Shown: positions 1 through 11,310 of the stretch, one piece after another | How the letters are laid out: every line of letters starts with the position of its first letter | Position numbering within the stretch: position 1 is the first letter of the stretch | Source: Zygnema circumcarinatum SAG 698-1b | Lineage: Eukaryota; Plantae; Zygnematophyceae | Length of the DNA: 64,000 nucleotides | NCBI GenBank assembly: GCA_037447605.1 | Contig: CM074808.1 | Span: forward strand, 2,542,001 to 2,606,000 | Reading direction: 5' to 3' | Made by a program: the position numbers and the translations under genes | The notes under the pieces: generated by a model | What the model was told of the DNA's origin: nothing | Database searches by the model: none | The model's input: the letters and a program-made list of their open reading frames with translations, nothing else

Positions 1-429
1 CTCGTGCCAGCTGTGCTTGGAGTCTCCGGCAGAGAGCGCGACTGCTGCTTCTTTGGTAAGGATAGGGAGCTGCGGCAGGCAAGGCTGTTGAAGGGTGGGG
101 TATGGTGGCTGGGAGGTTTTGACTCGGGGGTGTTCGGTCGTTTGCAGGGGAGTCGGTGCAGACGCGGGACTTGCCGTGCAGGAGAAAGCGCCAGCAGCAG
201 CCGACGCTCGTCCGGGCAGCAGTTGCAAGTGATCAGTTCACTTCAACGTAAGGGATATGACTAGCCTAGCGACAGTTGTTCGAGATAATGAGAAAAAAAT
301 CTGGCTTCTTTTGCAAGGATTATTTCAGCTTTTGAGTGTCTAATAGTAACGTCACTTGCTTTTCACTCGAGAGGACTCTTGAGTTGTACTTCGTTCTCAG
401 TTACAGCTGCTTTTGGATCGTTGCGCAGA

Positions 430-3400
430 ATGGCGGAGAAAGCACAAGAGCTCTCAAGGATTGGCCTTGTAGGCCTTGCTGTGATGGGACAGGTAAGCCG
501 CTGAGAGATTGTGAAGCAGCTGGATGCCCACTTTTGCTTTCTGAACGTTTTCTGGCTAGTTTACCCGTTATCGAGCAGAATGTGCTGAGCTCTGCTGTAC
601 TTTATGACAGAATCTCGCTCTCAACATTGCGGAAAAAGGGTTTCCGATTTCAGTATACAATCGATCTTCAAACAAAGTGGATGAGACTGTCGCTAGGGCG
701 AAAGTGGAGGGCGACTTACCTCTGAAGGGGTTTTATAGTCCGAAAGAATTTGTGGAGTCGATTCAAAAGCCACGGTGAGGGTAGCTTCAAGTTTTGACGC
801 CAAGAGCTGTGCAGTACTCATCTGGCAATCGCATGTGCCATTGCGTTTGGATGGCATTCCCAAATTTAATCGTCTATTGACTGTATTCTAATATGGCTGA
901 ATCTTTCTTTATTTCACAGGTCCATCATTATATTGGTGAAGGCCGGATCTCCTGTTGATCAGACTATTGAGACCCTTTCTCAATTTTTGGAGCCCGGTGA
1001 TTGCATTATCGACGGTGGAAATGAATGGTAAATCACATTTCTTCAACGCCTAGAACTTGAACAGGAAGAAACAACAGGCAATTGTCTATCTTGAAAAATG
1101 ACCCATACGGTGTTTATTTTTTAGGTGGAAATAGGTATTTAGGGAAAGCGCGTGCATTGTCTTTAACTTGTAATATTCGTGTGGCAGGTATGAGAACACG
1201 GAAAGGCGTGCGAAGGCAGTTGCAGAGAAGGGTCTTCAATATCTGGGGATGGGAGTTTCTGGAGGCGAGGAAGGTGCTCGTAATGGACCGTCTTTGATGC
1301 CTGGCGGGACACTTGAAGCCTACAAATACATTGAGGATGTTGTACAGAAGGTGGCAGCTCAGGTTAATGATGGACCCTGCGTTACATATGTTGGCAAGGG
1401 CGGGGCGGGAAACTTCGTGAAGATGGTACACAATGGTATAGAGTACGGCGACATGCAGCTTATTGCCGAATCGTAAGTCTTTATCTTTCCGACAAAGGTT
1501 GTATCACGTATCAGGGATGGCTTCCTTTTGGCAGTAGATGTTTTATGCACAGTTTTTTCCATAAGGCAGTGGTCTTAAAAATGTGATTATACAGACTCTA
1601 GCCCGGAAGAATCGTTGTTGCTTGTGTCCGTAAAATGAGAATCTTGTTATTGCCGTATCACTTAAGTGCATTTGCTGACAATCTGTACAAGTTCTTTTGT
1701 GCATTTCATGATCCAGTTACGACGTCTTGAAAAGTGTTGGCGGGTTAACAAACCAGGAATTAGCTGCAGCTTTCAATGAATGGAACCATGGGGAACTTGA
1801 GAGCTTCTTGGTAGAAATTACCGCCGACATTTTCAGTGTCAAGGATGATCTTGCTGAGGGAGAACTGGTGGACAAGATTTTGGACAAGACGGGCATGAAA
1901 GGAACCGGAAAGTGGACAGTGCAACAAGCTGCGGAGCTCTCCATCGCTGCCCCTACCATTGCAGCTTCATTAGACTCGCGGTTTCTCAGCGGACTGAAAG
2001 ATGAACGCGTTGCTGCAGCTGAAGTGTACAAGCAAGCCGGAATAGAAGACGTGCAGCAATCGCCAAATGTGGATAAGCAGACTCTTATAGATGATGTGCG
2101 GAAGGTGAGAGTAACACTCTGAACTGCATTATTCAGGTCTCCTTTCGGATACATGACTATATGGTGGGACGCACGCCTTCCTATTTCCTCATACTGTTTA
2201 TTTCCCGGCTTGAATCTTTGGCATTAGGTTCCATTTCGATGCCAGAATGCTGGGAACTACTTTCTTTGGGAGTTGCTGTTTGAGCACGTTAACTTTGCCT
2301 TCGTCTATTTTTTTTTTCCTTCTTGGCCAGATCAGGCTGTGTTCTTTTCTATGCCCAGGATGTGCTGGAAGGATATGTCCTCTGTCACTGTCTGGTGTTG
2401 CCGACAGGAGACCTCACTTCGTCGTTTTTTTTTTTTTGACACAGGCACTTTATGCAGCTAAAATCTGCAGCTACGCCCAGGGCATGAACATCATTCGGGC
2501 AAAGAGTTTGGAGCAAGGCTGGGACTTGAATCTGGGCGAGCTTGCACGGATTTGGAAGGGAGGCTGCATTATTCGAGCTATCTTTCTTGACCGCATCAAG
2601 AAGGTGACTATGTTCTTCAATTCTTTTTACTTTGCTACTGAGAGATCGACACCGTCTGTTCTATATGCCATATTATGCGTTTGGAGCACCGGGCAGCTCA
2701 AACGGTTTTCCGACACAGTCGCCTTCCAGAGTTTTTGCTATTGTAGCTGACTGTTGATTTTGTGGTGAACACGATACAGGCATACGATCGCAACCCTGCT
2801 CTGGCAAGCCTGCTGGTAGACCCTGAGTTTGCACAAGAGATGGTGGAGAGGCAGGGGGCCTGGCGTCGGGTCGTTTCCTTGGCAATTGCGGCCGGAGTGA
2901 GCACACCCGGTCTGAGCGCGAGGTGAGGCTGACATTCCACTTATTGTAGGGTGTAGATTTTGGCAGCCATGTTGGTTAGTAACATGCAACGCCACCCCTT
3001 GAACAGCCCAGAAAATGCCATTTAGTTCGTGAGCATTTTTGCTGTCTGCATTATCTTCATTCTCAGTTTGGCAACTTTAGCACAGAGCTCATCATCAGTG
3101 CGCATCGGAATCTCTTACTTTTGGCTTATACTTTCCAACTTCAAAATTTTGAGACTAATAACTGGTGGCATTGGAAATAAAGAGCATTTGGTGATGCCCC
3201 TGGCGACTGTTCGTCAATGTCCATTGTCACATTCAAGTGACTTGGTGTATGCTTGTACACTGGGATAGGTGTGAAAAGTAGGGTGCCAGTTGTCGGCCGC
3301 CTCTGACATGCAATGCAACTTTACTTCGCTGAGAAGGCTATTGTTCTTGACAAGAATTGCTGTAGTAACTCTGAACATGTTTCGATTCTTCTAGGATCAA

Positions 3401-3993
3401 GGTGCACTTATGTTGGTTAGTCCAAGCTCTTGTCACAATTAAAGCCTTTTTTACTGGAGTCTCGATAGCCGAGGTTGCAGAACATCTTAGCGTTGCTATG
3501 CTTATGCTGGGATTTCTGTGGAGGACAGTCGTTGCCCAGCGTCTTGTGGACAGTTAGCAGCTACCATTGTATCTTGCTTTTTTGACTTCTAGCTGACGGT
3601 CTTGTCCTGAGGATTTGCAGCCTTGCGTACTTTGATACCTATCGGAGGGCGCGCTTGCCGGCTAATCTGGTGCAGGTAAGAAACCTAGTTAGGATGTTTC
3701 GTTACGTTGAGGCTCTTTGGGTCTGGCTCTACCATACACACCTTTTCTGTTTAGTATATGTGCCTCTGGGAGTTCCATACATTTGGTACTTGATTGCTAA
3801 GTTTAGAGCTATTGTGAAAAGAAACTGTGGTCGGAGACTTGGCTCCTTGAAGCTGCTAAACTAAACTCCCTGTAATTGGTATCGTCAGGCACAACGTGAT
3901 TACTTTGGTGCGCACACATATGAGCGTGTGGATCGGGATGGAGCTTACCACACTGAGTGGTTCAAAATAGCGAAGGAGGTCAATCAGAACTGA
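430..3993 (+). CDS. PGD: 6-phosphogluconate dehydrogenase, decarboxylating (multi-exon)
   Basis: GT-AG-spliced exons give [40 protein letters not shown]..., [76 protein letters not shown]...KEVNQN*. An in-frame upstream extension is possible (see findings). Confidence 0.97.
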
Positions 3994-4666
3994 GCAACGG
4001 GACGGGCAGGCTGCACGCGCATCATGGGGGAGAGGTTCCGGAGTTGAACAGGAGTGGAGGCAGACATTGGTTATGTTATTAGGGTTGTTTAGCAAACCCA
4101 ATGGATAACTGCACTGTATTTGAAGCCTGTGGTACTGGCAAAGCCGCTTTGAAATATTCTTCAAGCAAGTTCCTGAATGGAACAGGAATGTTTTGTAGCT
4201 GCTTGCTCAGCATGTATTGTTTTTTTGATGTTTACTATCATGAGGTTAGAGGATCCCATACATTGATGAAAACCAGTCTGCGGTGCGTGCTGAATGTGCA
4301 TCCAGTTTTTCGCCCTCATGTGCTTTGCCGCCAAGTTGCCTCTGTCCTAACGGTAATGTCATACGGCAAGAAATGATACTGTAGATCAATGCCACTTCCT
4401 TCCCTGAAAGTTAGGACTCTTTTCTTGACACACTGTACTATGATGCTTTAAGTACCGTACATCGCGGTTCCCTGCCTTTCTGCTGTCCCTTGCCAGTGGT
4501 TTCGATGCCCGCTCTTGGTCGTAGCCCCCGCTGGCATTTGTTAATCGTCTCGTACAGTACAATCCTGAGGAATTTGATCCGTTGAATATGCGGAATCTGG
4601 GATTCCATGTCGTTAGAGAGGTCCTCGATAGACGAATCTTCACTTTTCGTTATCAATCCGTCGGTA

Positions 4667-5044
4667 CAGTAGGGGGTCCTCATATTTTCCACCCTGGTTC
4701 TGGCCAATACGAGGCGAAAATATTGATTTTGCATATATAAGGTTCGTGTTACAAATAGACGGGTGGTATTATGTTAGAGTTCATGTTGGATCGTACGTCT
4801 CGTACCGTATGATATCGTACCGTATCGTACTGTTTCGTTTAGTATCGTATCGTATCGTGCCATATCGTGACGCATAGACGTAGTTTTCCGCTTTTTGTTC
4901 GTCTCAGCTCGTACGGCTCGTACGGACAATACCATATCGGGGCGTTTCGTATCGTATCGTATCGAGCCAGGAAGAAGGGGAGAAGAGCGAGCGCCTCTTA
5001 CGGCGGCACGAGCGGGGAGATTAGGTGAGTTTTGCGTAAGCCCG
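4667..5044 (-). mobile_element. MITE family M, copy M1, left piece (interrupted by gypsy X)
   Basis: TA|CAGTAGGGGGTCCTCATATTTTCCACCC terminus at 4667; reverse-complement similarity to 19660-20129 and 20330-20690; internal CGTAT/GATAC 5-mer repeats. CAGT ends with TA flanks are Tc1/mariner-pogo-like; no ORF. Confidence 0.85.
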
Positions 5045-6050
5045 TGTAGCACAAGATAAGTGGGGTTGAAAGGAGACTGCTGAGCTAGTTGCAGGTGCTG
5101 TACGGCCACTCGCGCGTCCGTGCTGAAATTGATGAAGGGTTGGGTTGGTTCTGTGGGTCTGCCTGCAGCATAGAGCCAGGATCCGGGAGATTCAGAGGTA
5201 CGCGCAGCGGAAGACGTAGGGATCCTGAAGATGTTCCCACGGCGGCTGAACCCGATGCGCAAAAGAGCCCTTCGCCCAGGGCTCTCCTCCCTGTCTCTCT
5301 TCAGCTAGTCTTAGCTAGGCTTCTAGTTATCATTGGTCATTGGGAGGAATGTAAAGGCGAGGATAGAACAAGATGGTAGCTTGGCATAGTAGGCGTAAAG
5401 GGAAAACAGGATTTCAACCTAGATAAAGGTTGTATTTTGGAAAATCACTGGCCAGTGATTGGCGAGTTATGCGTTACAATGAAAGTATCTTCGCGCAGAA
5501 ATCTTTATGCATTTTGGGCTGAGATGGGGCGTCACGGATGCTGCTCGGCAAAGAAGACTCTTTCTCTCTCTCTCTCTCTCTATCTATGGCATGGAACTCT
5601 CTCTCTCTCTCACACTTAGCATCATTCTTGGTATTGAAGGAAGAAGAAGAACAAGACAACGAAACCACCGCAGCAAATACAAATACTAAGCCCGGCACTA
5701 AAAGACAAACAAAGCATCAGCGACATCCCATCTACTTAACGCGACGTAGATCTTGAGCCTTACGCCCATTGGCGGCCTCGATTGGCCAACTGCCTTCCAG
5801 GGAAGGCCTGGCCCGACTCACGTGGAGCCTTGGGGATGGGTCAGCAGTGTCAGTGACCTTGGTGTTCGAGTGCCTGCTATTTTGGATGGTGTCTTGTTAA
5901 GGTGGGCCGCCAACACATGGCGCCGCCTTACAGCATTCTCAAGTCGGCTGACTCCACGGATTCGCTGATCGTGACCACCCGGAAGAGGCATATGTCAAGT
6001 CTGATTGAGCCGGCGCCGTCCAGTCAAACCTTGACTCCGTTCACGCTACA
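5045..6050 (-). repeat. 3' LTR of gypsy X, with internal (CT)n microsatellites
   Basis: Near-identical in its distal part to 27358-28259 (reverse complement); ends ...CCCCACTTATCTTGTGCTACA on the element strand. Confidence 0.92.
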
Positions 6051-6299
6051 TGCAGCACATGCAGGAGGAAAAACGAAGACACGCCCTGCTTGGTATAATG
6101 AAAAAGAGAAGACAAAGAGGCATGGGGAGCGATGGTAAGCGGGGGCGGGGGCGCGTGAGGCGAAGTCGGCGGTGGAAGCTTCGCGTACGATGGCAATAGG
6201 GGTATTATCGGAGGCCGTGCTCGGAAGAGGCGGCGGTGGCGAAATGTGTTGAAAGGGGAGCCAAAAAGTGGCGGGAGTGCGGAAGTGGCAGCGGGAATT

Positions 6300-9200
6300 A
6301 GAAATGGACCAATGATGCGTCATGGCGAGGGTCACGGAGGCGGCGGCCATTCGCCCGAGCGGTCAGCCGCCAGCGGGGGAGGAACGGCGGCGTGGCGGCG
6401 CGAATGTCGATCGATGGGAACGCCCGGCGCGGAATTTCCCACTAGGAAATCGAGGAGCCCTCGAAATGATGGCCCAACCGGGATCCGGCGGACCCGGCCT
6501 ATGTGAAGGGGCCCAACCGCGGAAGCCCGTGGAGTAAGGTTTGGCAAGATTCTGAGCCAAATGAGGCGGCATTAGCCACGATTGGCGGGAGAAGCGGTAG
6601 CGTCGGCGCCTCCCAAAATCGGTGATTTAGCCAGCATGCTTGCCTTGATGAGTGGTGGGGAGCCTGGAATCTAGGGTTTGAAGCGGAGGCGGGGAGTTGA
6701 AGCTGCAAGCCGAGCCGATCCGAGAGGCGTCGCCGTGGAAAGAGGGAGCTCCAGCGAAGTCGGCGCGCGGGGCTTCACATTATAGAGGCTAAATTAGGCC
6801 GAGGAAGCGGTGGAGGGAGGTGCACCGAGGGTGTTGTAGGTGAAGACCAGGGAGGGATGACCTGCAGCGCCCGATCCGCCCCTCGGCTCAGCGCGGCGCG
6901 GTACCTGCGCATCCTTGGCCGGTCTGAATGAGTACGTTCCGCGAGCCCATTACGCGGGGAAGTAGGGAGCTAGAAGGTGGCGGTAAGGCAATCACGGAAG
7001 TCACCGCATAGGCTTTAGCGATGCCCCTTGTATTGATTGCCATTGTCGGGAAGTGGGCCAGTATTAGGGTAGAAGTGGCGGTGAATGATACCCGTCGAGG
7101 CGAGAGCAGAGTGGATGGAATAATTAGATGCATTTGCATGAACTTCCACCCACTTGATAACCATGTCCGCGGCTAGGAGACCCGAATGTAGCGGGAGGGT
7201 GCCGAGGCGGGGGATAGGTGTCAATGTTCAATCTTGGCGCCTGGTAGGGATCTCACCCATCTCCAGGGTTGGCGGTCGGGGAGCGAGGCGCAGCGTTGGC
7301 AGTGCGAGGGATTTGAATGTAGCGGCTAACGCCATGGAGGCGGGCCAATAATAAGCTCTGCGGCGAGGCGACCATCTTCTTCTTCTGGCGAGGTGGAATC
7401 CGCCCGGTAGAGATAAATTGGCGACATCCGGGGGTATCTCCATCGTTCATTGGGGAGAGCGGGGAAGGCGGAGGGAGTGCGAATTTGTCCTTCATCATCA
7501 GCGAGAGAAATTCAAGGCGGCGGGCGGCCGAGCCCTCTCCGATTATTAAAGTGATAAAGGGGGCAATGTCTTGGTCATGGCGTAGCGGGAAGGGAGGAGT
7601 ACACGGGGCCGTCTCTCATTTGGCCGGGGAAATGGGGAGGAAGTAAAAAGGGCGTAAGCCACGTAAGTCATCCATGAGGGATTTCCACGGATCCGCATGG
7701 GGGGTGGCGTGGGTGAAGTGGGGTCCTCCAATGGAGGTAGTGGCGGTGGCGAATATCACGTCGACCCATCTAGCGAATAGGACATCATCACCGAGGGCTT
7801 GGCGGCAATAAAAATCTCAATGGGAAGATGCTCAGGGTTCAAGAGGGTGGGTGGAGGGATGGGTTCAGGAACGGCCGGATCGTGACAGAGGAGGGGAGCC
7901 GAAGGATTGCGACTGAGGCCGTCAGCATTGCCGTGACTGCGGCCGGGACGGTGAGTGACCTTAAGTACATTATACCACTCCAACTACATCACCCGCTCTA
8001 GGTACAAGCTTGGGAAGCGTGGTAGCCATGATGATGTGCAGCAGTGAGGGCATGTGGTCGATCCGGATGATAATGGGCTGGTAGGCCGTGAAGAGCTTGA
8101 ACTTCTCGAGTGCCCAGAGGATAGCCGCGGCCTCACCCTCAGTAGGGTTGTACTTGGTCTCGGTTTCTGAACAAACCCTGCTAAGCACTGCCAACTGACC
8201 CGTTATTTCCCCCACATCCGAGAATGCTTGAGAAACGGCCACACTGCCCAGAAACTGTCACGACTCCGGTCACATCTCAATAATAATGGTGGGGCGGGGT
8301 AGGGGTCCAATTGATCACAGGAGCCTTGAGGAGCTGAAGGAGGCACTCTTGGCGCTTTGGAAGGCAGAATCTAAAACAAACTCCATTAAGTAGTGAACTC
8401 CGTGCTACTCCAGAGCATACTTAGGGCAGCGCCCGTGAGGCATAACCCTTAATGAACCGGCGATAGAAGGAGGTGAGTCCCAAGAAAGACTTGAGCTGAG
8501 TGAGATTACATTGGAATGGGCATGGAGTCAATTACTTCCAATTTTGTGAGTGATAGTTTGGAGCCATTGGTCACCGATTACTGCTGAGATCAGTGAATCT
8601 CTGGTGGCCCCATTTTGCACTTCTTGGGTGCAATCTTGAGGCCTTGCTTGATGATGAGAGTATTGCCGAGGACTTAGTCCAGTAATGTTGCGAGGTGGGA
8701 GGACCGGTCAACTAGCGTGGATGCAACATCATCCGCGTAGGTTCGCGAAGGCCTGACGGGGGCGAACACACAGATTTGGCCAGCATTTGGTGAGTCTGGC
8801 TGGAGTGAGCCCAAAGGGAGCACAGATCCACTGCCGCGGCTGGCGTGGCTGTCGCGAGCCAGTCTTCGCGGCGATCGGCTGTCGCGGGGATGCGCGGAGG
8901 ATTTACACGCTCAGGGTCACGAGAACCACGGTCATCAGGGAGAGCGCCGTGGAGAATCAGGTCCACATCCGGTAATGTATAGGGATCCCACTTCGTTATG
9001 GCATTCAGTTTCCGATAGTCTCCACAGAAGCGTAGTGTGCCATCCGGCTTTGGGGGCAGAACGGCCGGGCTGGCCCAAGGCCCTTCTCCAGGTTCCATCA
9101 AGCCGGCAGCCACGTTCTCATCGATCTGTCGTTCGACATCGGCCTGCTGAGCGGCGGAAAAGCGGTAGGGAGTCATGGTCATCACGGGAGGTGCATCCCC

Positions 9201-9555
9201 CGTATCGATGTGGTGCTCTATCAGGTGGGTCTTGCCAATGTCGAGTGAATGTCGTGCGAAAACTAGATGATTTCGGCGCAGCACTTGGCGTAATTGTGAA
9301 TGCTTGATCGGGTCTGAGAGGACTGCTGGCCCCAATCGCATCTGACCCTCTATTTCCAGCCACTCCTCATCACCAATGATCTCGTGGGGGGGAAAGCTGG
9401 GTGCAGCTATCACCGGCGGCAAAAGTTCTTCCGTCGGCGCCCAGAGAGCTGGACTCGGAGGAGCAGGAGGGGGAGTCTCGTCATCGGTATCAGAATTGGC
9501 CGATCCATAGGAAGAATGGGGGCTGCCGACCGAATGGTACATGGTGATCTCTGGG
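6300..9555 (-). pseudogene. gypsy X pol remnants (RT, RNase H, integrase)
   Basis: ORF 8712-9542 ...GPWASPAVLPPKPDGTLRFCGDYRKLN; 7970-8242 SRVCSETETKYNPTEGEAAAILWALEKFK; 7756-7983 HRPGRSHGNADGLSR; integrase-like DNGNQYKG near 7020. Many frameshifts. Confidence 0.9.
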
Positions 9556-9565
9556 NNNNNNNNNN
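9556..9565. other. assembly gap (10 N) in gypsy X, between gag-like and RT regions
   Basis: Run of N; true length unknown. Confidence 1.
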
Positions 9566-11310
9566 CCGGACAGGGGTGGCGACCGGTGGAGCCGTGCCAG
9601 AGGAGCTGGCGCCGTTGACGTCGGCAGGGAGGAATGGCAGGGGATGTGAATGAGGATCACTTTGGTTGACAGGGAGCCTGCGCAAGGCATTTGCAATCTC
9701 GGCTATCCGGGCTTGAGCACCCTCTTCAGAAGTGATGGGGGATTCGGACCAAGCCGGTTGCAATGCCGCGGCAATCTGGGCAGTGCGTGAGCGGGCAGCA
9801 GGATCGGGCTCAGCACCCAATGCGTTTGTCAGGGAAGGGGAGTCCATGGGGTGCAGGTGGATGGGCGGACGTTGCAGGATGGTGTAAGCGGGTGAAGGAG
9901 GTGGAGAGGCCCGAGGCGAGAAAGGGGCGAGGTTCTGGGTGGTGTGGGAGTAGCGGGAGCATGTGTCCATGAAGGTGATCTCTGCGGGTGGGCTCCCTGC
10001 CCGGCGCCTCTTTCCTTTTAGGGCCTTCTCGCGAGAGTCTCGCATGCGCTACGGGCATGCGTGTCCCGTGATCTGGCGGAAAGGTGCGGAGTCCATGGTC
10101 GCCATTTGCGGATTATGATTGAGCCCGCGAGGCAAGGCAGGCGCCCTCACGGAACCCCTGCCTCTGTCATCGGCGGCGCCGAGATGGCTGCAGCGGCTCT
10201 CTTGGTGTCTTGTCCCGGAATAAGGAGCCCGATATCTGGGCGAAACATCTGGTATGAGATTCCTGCGGCCAGCTCCAATAAGGATCGCGGATCGCGAAGT
10301 GCAGGGGAAAGGGGAAGAGGGCTTGAGTCGCTGGCTATAGCGAGAGGCACGCACCATAGGGGCTGCACGGGGCGTCACTGGCGGGGATCTCTTGGGAGAA
10401 GGTAACTTGTTCACAGAAGATGCTGGCGGGGTGTTACAACCTCACGATTACGTGTCTTGAGGAGCTGCTGGTAGGAAGTCGATCTTGTATGAGTGGATGC
10501 AATAGCGTTCATGTAATGTGGTGCGTACATGTCGGTTGCCTCTCTCTTGATCACATACAGATCCGCTCTGCCCTTTGGCTCAAGGCACAGGCATGGCTGG
10601 CGGTGAGTTGTCAGCTGGCGGCTCACGATCCAGTGGAGATCGCTTCGGTGATGGCCTTGCGGAACCCGGAAGAGCCGGAAGGGAAAGTGAGCCTTGAGGA
10701 TTCTCGTCGTATTTATGCGCCGCGAAACGCCTTTCGATGGTCGAGCGGCAGCTGCGTCCGCTGTAGCACTACATGTAGCGAAATGCGGTCTATACCGATG
10801 ATTGGATCACAAGAAATCCAGCGTTGTCACGAGAAAACTTGCCCAGATAGCCAATGCTCTTGTCGGGGTTCTTGCGGCGACATCCGCTTTGTGCGGTTCA
10901 GGGCTGACTTCCAGTTGAGCGCCTCTCTTGCGTCTAAGGGCGGCTTGATCGCGGTGCTTCGCCGGGTACGCGCGGCGCAGCTACTCACTCAAAGATAATA
11001 CCGGCCCGAGCTTGCTCTTCACGCTGGCGGTGAAGCCTCTTGTGATGCGTGGTATCCACTGCGCTCGCTCTTTTCGAGGAATCATTCTTTATCAATTTTG
11101 GTCATCATCTCTTCCATCTTCTTTGAGGCTTCGGTCATTTCGTGTCAGCTTACTGCGGGTTGGTGCGAAACTGGAGGTCGCTGCGATGCGTCTGCCCTTG
11201 CCCACTTGAAACGCTTGCTTGGGGCGCGGGGATGGGTAAGTTGTGAGCATGGAGGTGAGGGTGTCTTCGGGAATCCCTTGCTCTGCTGCGGGGTAGCGTC
11301 TGCGGCTGGC

